Origin: Eledone cirrhosa
Taxonomy: Eukaryota
Direction of reading: 5' to 3'
NCBI GenBank assembly: GCA_964016885.1
Contig: OZ024740.1
Coordinates: forward strand, 50,530,001 to 50,594,000
Length of the DNA stretch: 64,000 nt
Shown: positions 1 to 13,820 of the stretch, in pieces
How positions within the stretch are numbered: position 1 is the stretch's first letter
Layout: each line of letters starts with the position of its first letter
Made by a program: the position numbers and the translations under genes
The notes under the pieces: model-generated
The model's input: the letters and a program-made list of their open reading frames with translations, nothing else
Database searches by the model: none
Told to the model about the DNA's origin: nothing

Positions 1-837
1 ATGTAAAATGATGATGATGATGTTGAAATAAATAGGTTTGATGCCATTAGTGTAAAAAAAGTGTTTGAATCAAACATGTTTAGATAATTAACTCTTAATA
101 ACCTGATCGACATGAAACCTCATTAGCAAGACATTCTTCAAAAGCACAAAACATTATGGCTGCATAACATCATAATTGAATTAGTTTACTGTAAATTTTT
201 ACAATGATCTATCCACTAATTAACAAATTGTTTTTAGATATTTTCTGCTAAATCATTAAAGGATGTTAAGAGTTAATTAATATTAGCTCCTTAAGTATGA
301 AATGTCCAACTTGAAATCAAATATTTCATACCTAATGACCTGATATATGAAAAAGAAGAGTTCCAAATATTTTTGATGAATAAACATGATCAGTTCTGGA
401 AGTAATCCAACAGACCATTCTATTAACATTTCTATCTATGCTCAAATTATTACAATGGAGCATGCTGGTCAAATATTTAGGCCCTTATCTAAGGATAATA
501 AGGGAGATTTGACTGCAACTTGTGCAGGTTAATTGACTATGTAGTCCCCTTATTAACTTTAAAAAAAAAAGGCAAATTATTGTTGCTGTTTAGCCCTGGG
601 TCAATACTGATTGAGCAGACTTATAATTAAAGGCTGGAATAGATCAGTCAATTGATTCTCATTCACATCCAGAGTTTTCTCCCCATGTCACCCTCCCCCA
701 CCACTACGTTAAGCTAATGTGGAAGTTTCACTAGCAACATTGCCCCACAGATAGAAGGCAGTGCCCACCAGACGACCTTCTTCATGCAACTAGCATCTGG
801 AATTTTGTTTTGTTATTCACTTGACCCAATAGTAGTT

Positions 838-1765
838 TCTAATGGTTTCTAATTTAGGCATAAAGGAAGAGTTGATTACATTGACCTCCCAGAAGGATGA
901 AAGGCAAAGGTGACCGCAGCAGGATTTGAACTCAGAACATTAAGAACCAGAATAAATACTTATTGCATCCAACAATCTAACGCCTCTGTCCAACCACTAG
1001 CCTTCTCTTGACTCAATAATGATTTTTAACTTTGGCACAACGCCAGTAATTTGAGGGAGGAGAAAGTTGATTAAATCGACCCCAGTGTTTCACTGATACT
1101 TTATTTTATCAACTCAGAAGGATGAAAGGCAAAGTTTGACCTCGGTGGAATTTGAACATTTTGTTTGGTGCTCTACAGATTCTGAAAATCCACCATCCTT
1201 GCTTGAAATAATAATAATATCACAGATAGTTTTCATTTTCTCTAATTCTAAGATCAGAACATTAAACTTTTTACTCCCCTGGGATTAATAAAACCTTAGG
1301 TAAATGAGTATAAGTGTAATGTTAGAAGTCAAGTAAACATTGACAGGCTATCTTCAGTTATCTTATTTAATAAATTCAATCTTCCTCCATTTGAGATAAG
1401 ACATACCTGCAGCTAATTAAAAGGTTTGGTGGTAATGTCAGGCACACATCACTACTGCCAGACAGATGCGTGAAGTGAATCCTCTTCTCAAAACAGACAA
1501 TAAATTTGATCTCTTGCCTGTAATATTTTATTAAAGAAGCCATGTGATAAATGTTATAATGGTTTCCAATTTATCCACAAGGCCACCATTTTGGTGGTGT
1601 TAGTGGTGAAATCAATTACATTGACCCCAGTGCTTGACTGGTACTTATTTTATCAACTCCGGAAGGATGAAAGAAAGGTAAAGATGGGATTTGAACTCAA
1701 GGTGGGATTTGAACTCAAAACATAAAGGGCTGTAAGTAAACACCACAAAGCATCTTGTCCATCCT
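838..1765 (-). mobile_element. Three decayed Meta-domain tRNA-SINE copies (~840-1000, 1015-1200, 1557-1765)
   Basis: Each carries the gaaggatgaaaggcaaag...gatttgaactcaga core, the reverse complement of B-box plus ...ttgcctttcatcc...cgataaaataaagtaccag, which resembles the MetaSINE central domain. Confidence 0.75.
1407..1517 (-). CDS. Candidate 111-nt phase-2 exon (QEIKFIVCFEKRIHFTHLSGSSDVCLTLPPNLLISC)
   Basis: It reads attacAG|g...ctgcag|GTATGT in non-repetitive sequence. Only the phase-2 frame is open across the whole exon. Confidence 0.4.
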
Positions 1766-3007
1766 AGATTGGTATTTCTTCTTAATAAATCCCCTTAAGA
1801 AGTTGTTGCCAGAAAATCCTAACTTCAGTTGATGAATCAGAAATTGGAAACTCATAATTATGTGTTTACATTTGGACTGCAAGCCAAAACACCCACTAAT
1901 TGTATGGTGGTCCCACTACTTACGGTTTTGAGTAGTATCTATGTATGATAATGCTACAACTAGGTGGACTGAAACAGTGGATTAAGTGTCTTGGTCAAGG
2001 GCATAATGCAGCAACCAGTGACATGATATGAATCATTAATGCTGACGTAATAAAATAATTACCACAAGTACCATACTTAACAAAATTGAGGTTTGAAAAA
2101 TTTACAAAGTGAAAACTGATTTTCTGAACTTGGTATTATAAATATTCTAGCATACATATATTATTATTATTAAAAATAAAAGAAAAAACAAAAGAAAACA
2201 TGTAGAGGTTTTGTTTTTGAGGAATCAATTTGGTGGACTAAAAGAAATTGTGAAGAACTGAGATAGCCAAATGGATTGGGTGTTGAACTATCAGGTCATG
2301 GGTTGGGAGTACATAGCTGCGGCAGGCATTTTGTTATGACTTTAGACAAGTCCCTTAATACTATATGCCTCAGTTAGCACAGCTGCAAAGGAAGAAGCGG
2401 TATCACATCTGTGGCTGTGACTTACCATAGTCTAGCATCCTAAACAGAAAGATATTTATCATCCATTATCTTAACCCATAACATCCTGTAATGTTTTAGC
2501 TGAAAATGTCTAAAAATGGGTTTGTTAATTCTAATGTTTGTTTCAATAGCTATACTAATGGACAGATAATTGTGAATATTTGCATAGTAGTGAAAAAAAC
2601 TAATTTTTAATGTGATGCAGTCAGTGTTGTTTTGTACTTTTTAAGAATATCTTGCTTATGCATTTTTATGTAGTACGGGATTGCCAGCAATGGGGGGTAT
2701 TAGTGGACCTGGTTGGCTCTACACATGATGATGCCTCTGGGATCGCTGACCTAGGATGACCCCAGCCTCATTGAGCAGGAGCAAGAAGATAAAATTAAAC
2801 TATATAGTTTCCTATCTTAAAGTAGCAACCACACCAATAGCTGAAGACTAATCAAAACAAATTGTGATAAAAAAAAAATGTAATGACAGAAATAAATAAT
2901 GATAAAAATATGTACTGAATTCTTGAAAATATCACTGCAAAAAGATTTAAACTCAGTGAAATTCAACAATTTTCTCTATTATCATCATCATAATCATTTT
3001 ATGTTCA

Positions 3008-3650
3008 CTTCATCATCACCATTTTACATCCGTTCTTCCACGCTAGCATGGGTTAGACGGGTTGTCCTGTTGTGGGCAGTGTCTGGTCGGCTGACCATGC
3101 CTTGCTCATACAGGAACTGATTTGGCTTGATTTCTACAGCTGGATGCCCTTCCTAACACCAACCTCATTTACAGTGAGTGCTGGGTGCTTTTTCGTGGCG
3201 CCTACACGTCCACTTTACAGTGTGGGCTGGGTGCTTTTTTTGCCGTGGCACCTCCACGACCACCTTGCGGTGGGGTGGGGGGGGTGGGCATATTGTCTAT
3301 ATGCTTCATATGGATATGGGCTGGATGAGTCATCATGGCCCAAGTCATTTCATATTTGGAGTTACTGCTCTAAGTGCATTAAAGGACCACACTTCACTTG
3401 TATGATTCGTTTTTAGGAAGTTTCTATAGCTGGATACCTTTCTAACATGGCCACTTTATAGAATGTACTATGTGTTTTTTATTGTGGCATTAGCACTAAA
3501 GGGGTTATTATGTCCTTGGCAAGACTTAAGTGTGCTCTCAACCTTATATTGTCTGTTTACTTGCCAACCACTTTACATTGTGTGATGGGTGTATTTTATT
3601 ATTGCACCAGCACAAGAAAGGTTGCCTTACCCCTTGTAAGACTATATAAG
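3008..3650 (-). mobile_element. RTE-LINE-tail derived repeat with internal duplications
   Basis: It has a catcatc tail plus ctacagctggatgcccttcctaacaccaacc, matching the 3' UTR of the RTE LINE at 62858-64000. Confidence 0.7.
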
Positions 3651-5260
3651 ATCTTGCCTACTGTACATTGTTTCCATTCTTTCAAGGCAAATGAGATTAA
3701 GAAGGTGAATAGGATAATGATAATGAAAAGGTTGAAAGGAGAATATGAAAGCCATGGTGGAATGATAAGAATAAGAGGATAGTAAAAAAGTGTGTAATAG
3801 AAGACAGTACTAGCTATATGCTGGTTGTTGGTAAGGAGATTGAATGAAAGCAGCATGACATGGTAGCAATAAAGATGGTTGATAGTAAGTATGAGTGAGT
3901 AATGGATAGATGGTTGATAGTAAGTATGGTAGAAGTCAATGAAGTAAACAAAATCACATTTTAAGTTAGGCATTATTATAGATTATCATTTACTTTGATT
4001 TAAATTAAATATGAAAAATTCTGTAAAAATTTAAATAAATGTTTGACATTTTTTCATACTAGAATTTCACAAACATGTAAGTTTATTTATTTTAAAATAT
4101 TTTCATTTGTTTGTGTGGAAGGGACAAGATTGAAAGAAATTAAATTTGTAATTTCATCCCAAGTAAATGTTTTGACAAGTTAATTGCATGCTTTACAGCT
4201 AAAATATTTAATGACTCTGAAAGAGCTTTTTAGCATAATTCATTAAGCTATAATATAATTGATATAAGCATGTAGTTACAATGTTATAGTTCAAAGTTGA
4301 CAGCATAGAATAAGGTTTCAAACTGGTACTGTTTATTATTTGCTTTATTTATTTATTAAAAAATGAAAAGAAAAAAATTCATTGGACTCTCTTACAAACG
4401 CAGCTGCAAAGTTCACATTTATCCTGGAAGACAGTATCTTACAACTATATGATCTCGATCATTTTCTAAATTTTTGGTCAACCGAGCTAAGGTTAATCTC
4501 TGATTCCTGCAGCACTAAAAGGATGAGAGATAATTCTACCCCTGGATATGACACGAGACCATTACTGGTCATAGCTCTGTTTACAATGGTTAATTATAGC
4601 TCTACCCATGGCACTTACACAGATCTAAGTGAATCTAGCCATTGAAAAGTGTTTCAGCCACTGGTATCCTATTGGTTCAGCTGTTTGAAAATACCTTATC
4701 ATCGAGATATCATTCCTAAGCACTTATAGAAATATTTGGAACATTCTGAAAAAGGCAGGTTGATAGTTCAATGACAGATTGTTGGCCAGTTAAATCTATA
4801 TAATGAATGAATTGCTTAAAAAGCTATAGATTAAGATCTGAATCCTACTATGGCAAAATTATTACTCCATTCAAATAGAATGGGTATAATTTATGAACAG
4901 CTCCAGTTAAAATAGGTTTCAAGCAGAATACTAAGTAACATGTAGTTCAAAACAAGATTATATCTGAGTTTGCTGGGCCTACAACTCATCATTAAGTATT
5001 CATTTAAGTATTCATTTAAATATACTTTTCAAATTCAAGTAACTATTTATCCTTAGCCAATGCAAATTGGAGCATCAATTTTAACAACAGAACCCCAAGT
5101 TGAGCTGACAAGGGAACTTCTAAATGGTTTCCCAACCTGCTAGAAATAAAAGCTAAATCTCTTTACAAACACATCCAACTAGCTTTAAAAAATAGCACAA
5201 AAAGTAATGTGGTCACAAATACACTGTGTTTGAAGAGGAAAAGATGGGTTGATTACAAAG

Positions 5261-6987
5261 GTTGGAATACATTTTGATCAAATGTTGGATTAGTTATGAC
5301 TGGAATACTTTTGATAAAATGTTTGCTTAGTTATGACTGGAATACTTTTGATCAAATGTTTGCTTAGTTATGACTGGAATACTTTTGATCAAATGTTTAC
5401 TTAGTTATGACTGGAATACTTTTGATCAAATGTTTACTTAGTTATGACTGGAATACTTTTGATCAAATGTTTACTTAGTTATGACTGGAATACTTTTGAT
5501 CAAATGTTTGCTTAGTTATGACTGGAATACTTTTGATCAAATGTTTGCTTAGTTATGACTGGAATACTTTTGATCAAATGTTTGCTTAGTTATGACTGGA
5601 ATACTTTTGATCAAATGTTTGCTTAGTTATGACTGGAATACTTTTGATCAAACGTTTACTTAGTTATGACTGGAATACTTTTGATCAAACGTTTACTTAG
5701 TTATGACTGGAATACTTTTGATCAAACGTTTACTTAGTTATGACTGGAATACTTTTGATCAAACGTTTACTTAGTTATGACTGGAATACTTTTGATCAAA
5801 CGTTTACTTAGTTATGACTGGAATACTTTTGATCAAATGTTTGCTTAGTTATGACTGGAATACTTTTGATCAAATGTTTACTTAGTTATGACTGGAATAC
5901 TTTTGATCAAATGTTTACTTAGTTATGACTGGAATACTTTTGATCAAATGTTTACTTAGTTATGACTGGAATACTTTTGATCAAATGTTTACTTAGTTAT
6001 GACTGGAATACTTTTGATCAAATGTTTACTTAGTTATGACTGGAATACTTTTGATCAAATGTTTGCTTAGTTATGACTGGAATACTTTTGATCAAATGTT
6101 TGCTTAGTTATGACTGGAATACTTTTGATCAAATGTTTGCTTAGTTATGACTGGAATACTTTTGATCAAATGTTTGCTTAGTTATGACTGGAATACTTTT
6201 GATCAAACGTTTACTTAGTTATGACTGGAATACTTTTGATCAAACGTTTACTTAGTTATGACTGGAATACTTTTGATCAAATGTTTGCTTAGTTATGACT
6301 GGAATACTTTTGATCAAACGTTTACTTAGTTATGACTGGAATACTTTTGATCAAACGTTTACTTAGTTATGACTGGAATACTTTTGATCAAATGTTTGCT
6401 TAGTTATGACTGGAATACTTTTGATCAAATGTTTACTTAGTTATGACTGGAATACTTTTGATCAAATGTTTGCTTAGTTATGACTGGAATACTTTTGATC
6501 AAATGTTTGCTTAGTTATGACTGGAATACTTTTGATCAAATGTTTGCTTAGTTATGACTGGAATACTTTTGATCAAATGTTTGCTTAGTTATGACTGGAA
6601 TACTTTTGATCAAACGTTTACTTAGTTATGACTGGAATACTTTTGATCAAATGTTTACTTAGTTATGACTGGAATACTTTTGATCAAATGTTTACTTAGT
6701 TATGACTGGAATACTTTTGATCAAATGTTTGCTTATTATGACTGGAATACTTTTGATCAAATGTTTGCTTATTATGACTGGAATACTTTTGATCAAATGT
6801 TTGCTTATTATGACTGGAATACTTTTGATCAAATGTTTACTTATTATGACTGGAATACTTTTGATCAAATGTTTACTTAGTTATGACTGGAACACTTTTG
6901 ATCAAATGTTTGCATAGTTATGACTGGAACACTTTTGATCAAATGTTTGCTTAGTTATGACTGGAACACTTTTGATCAAATGTTTGA
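5261..6987. repeat. 37-bp minisatellite, ~46 copies
   Basis: The unit is GACTGGAATACTTTTGATCAAA(T/C)GTTT(G/A)CTTAGTTAT, head-to-tail with no spacers. Four 36-bp variants occur near 6720-6860. Confidence 0.97.
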
Positions 6988-7817
6988 TTGATCATGGCTG
7001 TCTAGAGATTAAATAGCAACAGAAAACCAACATTTTGTTTTGTTATTAGTTTCATTTTAGCATTCATTGTTTTCTATTTTTAACATTGGATGGAATAATT
7101 TTTCTTATTTATTGGTAAATTTGTATATTGTTGGTGTAGTTAACTGCTTACAGTTTAATGTCTTTCCTACTACTTACTGATAACTTCTCAACAATGAAGA
7201 AAAAATTGAATATGTTGTCTGTCAAGAAGACTGAGACAAGCAGAGTAACATTGTACAGGAAGCACAACACAAACTGCTGAGCAAAATTGATTCATAGATT
7301 CTACAGAGAACTGCTAGAGTTAAGTAAAACATTAACAATATTAACAAATAAGCAAAAGCTAACTTTATCATTTTTCAATATTAGATAACATGATAATATA
7401 TTCACATATAATTGATAAAATGATAAAACTAAGATAAAACAACTTTCTAAATGGTTTTGTTAGCAATGGAATTTCTGATCACAAAGATAAGCACTGTGAA
7501 CAAAGATGTTATATATAGCTTTTTTTTTTTTTAAAAAAAAAGCCCTATTTTTTATGGTGGCTAAATTTTGCCTGTTTAAATGCAGAAAAAGTTAGAGAAG
7601 GGAATAAACAAAACATTGTCACCTGAAACAAAAGTGTAAAATAAATTCACAAAAATTAAATAACATAAAAACATATGCAATTTTAAACAACATGCATTGT
7701 GGATGCAACAAATGAGTCAAGAGGCAATAAATAGAACAAATTAACCAAACATATTAACTGAACATGCAGCCAGTTATTGTCTGGTAAGACAATAGCAACT
7801 GAGCTGTGAAAACTTAC

Positions 7818-7856
7818 CATGGGGTGTTGAAGATGACCTTCTTCTTATCACGGATT
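7818..7856 (-). CDS. Candidate 39-nt exon (IRDKKKVIFNTPW)
   Basis: It has a strong donor (atg|GTAAGT) and a long polypyrimidine tract upstream (minus strand ~7900-8040). The acceptor choice and reading frame are ambiguous. Confidence 0.35.
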
Positions 7857-8664
7857 CTTCCAGATAAAAAGAATAAAACTGGATTATTGTTGGAACCCAT
7901 GGGAGAGAGGAGGAAAGGAAGAGAGAGAAGTGGAGAGAAGTGGAGAGAAAGAGAATCAGAGAGAGGAGAGGAGAACAAGGAAGAGACTGACAATAGAGGA
8001 ATAGGGAATAAGGAAAAAGATAAGGCAGAGACTAAATAAAAAAGAGATTTAGATATCTCCATCCTTCTTGTTTTTGTTTTTTTTACCCCTCCCCTATCCA
8101 ACATAGATTTACAGTAAAATAAAAAGGCCTCAGAGTTATAAAAAAAACTTCATTACTTTATTAAATTCCACTAAATTTTTGGTTATTTTCAAAATTAATT
8201 GCAACACATAGGCAGTGTCTTTCATTAGAAATACAGTAACGAAAGGGTTAATGTTTATTTATTCTAAGCATTGAAAGAGTTAAATAAGGAGTGAGAGAAT
8301 AACAAGGAAGCTGTGATAGAAATACAAACTGTAATCATATCAAACATAAGCCAGTTTCCTTTCATTTTGTTGATAAGAGAAAGAATCCACAGAAAGAAAG
8401 AAACAAACAAAATAGGAAGTAGGAAATAGTAACTTATATCAAAGTTGAGAATATTTCCTAATGAGACTAAGTAGAGTGATCAGAAACTATATGATTGGCA
8501 TAACAACCTAGCTGAAGTGGATAGATTTAGTCTGATGTAAACCAAAAGGCGTTTATTCCATTGATGTTTAAACTGGTAGACTGTTAATGAGAGATGGGCA
8601 ATATTACAGCCTATTCCTGGCTGTCCACATAAATTTCATTAGTTTGGAAATAATAATAATAATA

Positions 8665-8905
8665 ATTGCTGGGTGAAGAAGTACCAGGAATCCCAGTAGA
8701 AGGAACCCACAGTAGCAGAAGACCAAAGTAGACCTAGGTGGACCTGGGTGGTGAGAGCTGATCTCAAATCGTTGAAACTCACAGAGGAGATGATGAAGGA
8801 ACGTGATGAATGGAAAGATGCTGTGCTGAAAAGGACCTGTCCTACCCATGCAAGCATGGAAAAGTAGACATAAAACAATGAATAATAATAATAATAATAA
8901 TAATA
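8665..8905 (+). mobile_element. RTE-clade LINE 3' fragment
   Basis: It is a decayed match to the end of the 63361-64000 ORF, followed by ...cccatgcaagcatggaaaagtagacataaaac and an (aat)n tail. Confidence 0.7.
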
Positions 8906-8907
8906 AT

Positions 8908-9425
8908 ATGAAATACCAACAGAAAAAAAGGTGGTATAAACATAAACCAGAAAAAAAAGAGTCAGAGAATGACAAAGCAGCCATAGTCTAGGATAACCCA
9001 ATATACAGACAAGGAGGTCAAAGCCAACTGACAGGATTATGAAGATCATAAAGAGAAAAAGATGTCTTCCAATTGATGTATCAATTCCCATAGATGACAA
9101 TATATCTATCAAGGAAATGGAGAAATTATCCAAATATAAAGATCTGGAGATAAAAATAACTTGAATGTGGATGATGAAAACAGAAACAATACCTATAATT
9201 ATAGGTGCTCTGGGAATTATAAAAACACACACAGACAGATACATAACCAAAACCCTAGGACTTATAAATATATACAGCATACAAAAAATTAACACAACTA
9301 GGCACCGTACATATATTATAAAATGTCTTCTCTGCTCAATACAATAGAAACAATTCCACCAAAAACCAGACTGCATATACCCAAGATGCACAGAGCTATG
9401 CTCGGTAATGCAGTGATGAAGCACA
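8908..9425 (+). mobile_element. R4/Dong-like non-LTR retrotransposon 3' fragment (restriction-like endonuclease region)
   Basis: A frameshifted translation reads WYKHKPE..ENDKA.I.(W)D..I.TDKEVKAN..D / IDVSIP.DDNISIKEMEKLSKYKDLEI / MWMMKTETIPIIIGALGIIK, typical of the REL C-terminus of R4-like elements. Confidence 0.7.
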
Positions 9426-9727
9426 ATAAAATGGAATATAATCGAATAGTTGTTTATATAACTACTTGATTATGTTCCATAATAAGTTGTAAATAATTGA
9501 ACAATCTCATACGATATGACTGAATATTATTTTGTTGTAAATATGATTTTAAACAGATAATGTGCACATGTATAAAGCAAATGATATACTTGTAACTGTG
9601 TAAAGTACTTGACACGAACAATCAGGTGTGGTTATTTTTGTGGTTTATCAATGTATGCTGTGAGTTTCTCTGCCGTAAGTGTCGGGAAGAAATGGAAACA
9701 AAGCTGAAGGATGAGGAAGAACACAAA

Positions 9728-11190
9728 TAATAAAGGTTTCTGATTTAGGCACAAGGCCATCAATTTGGTGGGAGGGGAAAGTCAATTAAACCAACCCCAG
9801 TACATTCCTGGTACTTTATTTTATTGATCTCAGTACATTCCTGGAACTTCATTTTATTGACTCCAGTACATTCCTGGTACTTTATTTTATCGACCCCGTA
9901 AGGATGAAAAGGCAAAGCTCATTTCACTGGGATTTAAACTCAGAACACAAAGGGACGTAACTCTATGCTGCAAAACATGGTGTCCAATGCTCTACCGATT
10001 CTGCCTATCCACCACAAATAATTGTTTCTACTTTTGGCACAAGGCCATCAATTTGGTGGGAGGGCCACAGGGGCCACATATGTGTTGTCTGAAGGCCACA
10101 TGGGTCACATATGTGTTGTCTGAGGGCCACACATGACAACTAATATTTTTTATTTTATATTACGCTCGCACTGTAAAATCCTTTGTGTGGGCCGCAGGTG
10201 TGCTTGTAAAGGGCCGCATGTTTGACATGCCTGCTTAAGGTATTTGTACTGGTGCTTTAATGATTCTACGAATCCTCCACTCTCAGAAAAAATTCTCTCA
10301 ATCATTGTTTCTACTTTTAGCACAAGGCCTGCAATTATCCCAGTGTATTACTGGTACTTTATTTTATCAACCACGTAAGGATGAAAGGCAAAGTTAACCA
10401 CAGCGGGATTGAACTCAGATCATAAAAGGCCGTAACTATGCTACAAAGCATAGCATCCCACCCTCTATCGATACTGCCAATCAATAATGATTTTTAACTT
10501 AGACACAAGGTCACAGATTCTGGGTGATGGTATTGTTAATTAAATTGACCCTAGTATGTTACTGGTATTTACTTTATTGATTGCTTAGACACCCCACATG
10601 CCAATTCTCCACCTTCAATATTAATAATAAATAATTGTTTCTACTTTTGGTACAAGGCCAGCAATTTGAAGGGGAGAGGGGTCTATTAAACCTACCCAAT
10701 TGTGTTACTGGTACTTTATTTTATCAACCCCGATGAAAGGCAAAGCTAACTTTGGTGTGGTTTGAACTCAATACTAATACTAAATAATTGTTTCTACTTT
10801 TGGCACAAGGCCTGCAATTATCCCAGTGTATTACTGGTACTTTATTTTATCGATCCCGTAAGGATGAAAGGCAAAGTTAACCTTAGCGGGATATGAACTC
10901 AGTCCGTAAAGGGACGTAACTATGCTGGAAAGCATGGCGCCCGACCCTCTACCGATACTGCCAATTCACCGCCTTCTAATACTAATACTAAATAATGGAT
11001 TCTGATTTAAGCACAAGACCTGGTGAGGGGAAAGCCAATTAAATCGACCCCAGTGCATTACTGGTACTTTGTTTTATTGACCCCGTAAGGATGAAAGGCA
11101 ACGCTAACCTCGGCAGAATTTGAACTTAGAATGTAAAGGGCAATTACTCTATGCTACAAAGCATGGTGCCTGATGCTCTACCAATACTAA
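9728..11190 (-). mobile_element. Cluster of ~8-9 co-oriented full and partial Meta-type SINEs
   Basis: Units of ttgtttctacttttggcacaaggcc...ctggtactttattttatcgacccc gtaaggatgaaaggcaaagttaacc...gaactcaga repeat through the interval. The ~10785-10975 copy is flanked by the TSD aatactaatactaaataat. Confidence 0.9.
10060..10233. mobile_element. Partial hAT/Charlie-like MITE
   Basis: It has gggccaca/gggccgca subterminal repeats and ends ...tttgacatgcctg. The left end was not found. Confidence 0.5.
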
Positions 11191-11834
11191 TGATAAATAA
11201 TGATGATTTCTAACAGACACAAACAATTTAGGAGGAATATAACTGATTTCAATTGACCTCAGTTCAGGAGTATTATTTCTTTATTTACATTGGAGTGATG
11301 AAAAGTAAATCATGAATAACACAATTTCCATAAGCCTATCTAAGATATAACTGGAAATTGCAATGGTCTTATATATTTATAATAAATTTCTTTCACATCG
11401 CCATCATCACCATTTAACGTCTATTTTTCCATGCTTGCATGGGTTGTCATGTTATGAGACAAGTCAGATCAGATGATCTACATCTTACTCATACAGATCT
11501 ATATTTTGGTTTGGTTTCCACAGCTGGATGCCCTTCCTAACACCAGCCACATTACAACGTGGACTGGATGCTTCTATCTCGTGTCGCCAACATGAGCACC
11601 TTTCAGGATGAACTAGGTACTTTTGTTGTTGAGGTACCAGATCAGCATACAGGGTTGACAGTGTTATTGTCATGGTAATGGCATTGAGGGAGATCAGATG
11701 TAGAGCATGTCCAATATATATCTCGTACAAAAAAGTGAGTGGGGTAATAAAATAAGAAGAAAGAAGTGGGGTAGAAAAATTGTATATTCAATTACACACC
11801 ACAAGGGGTGCTGAAATTTCCCGCTCATAATTTT

Positions 11835-11970
11835 TGAGGCAAGCCAACATACTTGTAGCATTGTTGTGGGTGATAGCAAGGCCAATGTGCTGGAATAACC
11901 AAGCACCTAACAATGACAAGAATTTCCTTGTCAATAGCCCAGTTCCCCCAAATGTCTTGAATGCCACAGG
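11835..11970 (-). mobile_element. Old CRE-like non-LTR retrotransposon 3' remnant
   Basis: It translates PVAFKTFGGTG..TRKFLSLLG/WLFQHIGLAITHNNATS, similar to the P.A.ET.G..G...FL..LG / WLFQR.SLA..RGNA C-terminus of the 37.2-37.9 kb copy. Confidence 0.5.
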
Positions 11971-12544
11971 CTAAAAAAAAGTTAAGTATTTGAACACAGA
12001 ACATAAAAGAGTGTAAAAATAAATATATACAGCAAGACATTTTTCTGGTAATTTATTGCTTCTAATAGTGAAGATTGCTAAGATAGTAGAGTGCTGGAGT
12101 AAATAAATTAGAGTATTTAGTTTTATCTATCTCTGTTTAAAATTTGTTACACTGAAATTAGCTTTGCCTTTCATTCCATTGAGTTTCATTCTGTGATGAG
12201 AGAGGGGAACAGAAAAATATTATATTCATGTATTCCATATTGGAGTGAGATTGGAAAGACTTAATATAGATTTTTATTTTTCTAGTCAAATGAAAACAGG
12301 AATAGTTAACACAAATGGCATGTTTGTGTGCTAAATTTAACTCCACTTCACTAGACACGTGGAAGAAATCTAAAGCTATTAAGTAAAAGTAGGCTTACTT
12401 AACCAATTAGTTAAAACAAACACCCTATAATAGAAACACACTATCTACATAATGGTGAAGGTATTTGGATATAGAAACATTATGTAACGTTAAATTGACA
12501 CGCATATATATATATATATATTTTTATATATACACACACACAAA

Positions 12545-13245
12545 AATTTGTAGCGTTTTTCTATTGGTTGTATTTAATCACGCGATTTAGTGATCATGTG
12601 ACAAAAGCATACAACATATATATTTTCTGAAAGAGATCTCAATAAATTTTTCTATCTGAATATTGTGTGGCTTATTTACTTCTACAGGTTTTTATGATGA
12701 AATTGAAAATGGAGGGAAATGGGATACATTTTCGTCATTTGATGCTCTTTTATTTCCACAAAGGAAAAAATGCTGCGCAAGCAACGAAAAGATGCTATAG
12801 TTGATAGTACAGTTCACAAGTGGTTCATTAGGTTTAGAGCTGACAATTTCAACCTTAAAGACCATGCCCATTCAATCAGGCCTATCATCGTTGATAATGA
12901 CCAAAACGAGACTTTAACCAAAAGTAATCCAAGTAACAACGCGAGACGATATTGCAGAGATACTTCACATATCTCATATGAGCGTTATATGGTATTTGAA
13001 AATACTTGGATACATGAATCGCTATGATGCCTCATAATTTAATGGAAAAATATTTGATAGGACACATTTCCATCTGCAATTCTCTGCTCAAATGAGACAA
13101 AAACAATCCATTTTTGAAAAGAATGATCACGAGTGATGAAAAATGGATTGTTTAAAACTATGTAGAGTGTAAAAGAAAGATGGAAAAAATAAAATGAACC
13201 ACCTTCAACCATTCCAAAAGCGGGTCAGTATCCAAAGACAGTAAT
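12545..13245 (+). mobile_element. Mariner (DD34D) transposon relic, transposase pseudogene from 12709
   Basis: The reading is MEGNGIHFRHLMLFYFHKGKNAAQA / DSTVHKWFIRFRADNFNLKD..SIRP / NNPFLKRMITSDEKWI, with frameshifts and stops. It is truncated by a SINE at ~13250. Confidence 0.85.
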
Positions 13246-13820
13246 TACAGGAACAGCTCATTTTTGCCAGCTGAGTGAACTGGAGCAATGTGAAATAAAG
13301 TGTCTTGCTCAAGGACACAGTGGGCCACTGGGAATCGAGCCTTATAACTGTGAGCTGAATACACTAAGCCACATACCTTTTCTAATAGCCATCAACAAAA
13401 TAGAATGCAAGAAAGGTATAGGAGAAATAAAATTTACCCCTGAAGATGGGGTTTAATTTTTGTATTTGATATTACATGTTTATCTTCCTAAATTAAGTTT
13501 GGATTTATACTCCAAATAATTCAGATGAGGAAACTGAACCTCGCAAAGGAAATGTCACAGTACAAACTGACTAGTATGTACAAGCACTACAACATAAAAA
13601 GTAAATATAATGAGTGACTGTAGGCTACAATGTTGGTAATCAAATGGTGACAATTTAAGGTTTGAGAGGAGAATGCACCTAGTACACTAAAAAAGTGAGT
13701 CGTGATGCAATGAAAAAATGCACCCAGTTATACTCCCACCATAATGTGGTTGGTGTTAGGAATGTCATCTAGCCATAGAAAATATGCCAAATCCATGCTA
13801 GTATGAAAAGTAGACATAAA

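Noticed and set aside
5261-6987. CRISPR-like array (37-bp repeat with internal palindrome)
   Set aside because: The units are contiguous with no unique spacers, there are no cas genes and the context is eukaryotic. It is a minisatellite.
8604-9424. 261-aa and 126-aa hydrophobic minus-strand ORFs
   Set aside because: They are antisense to A-rich LINE remnants, so the hydrophobicity is compositional.
11835-11970. Apparent host exon with strong acceptor (ttttttttAG)
   Set aside because: Its open frame matches a CRE-like retroelement C-terminus, and the phase-2 frame has a stop.
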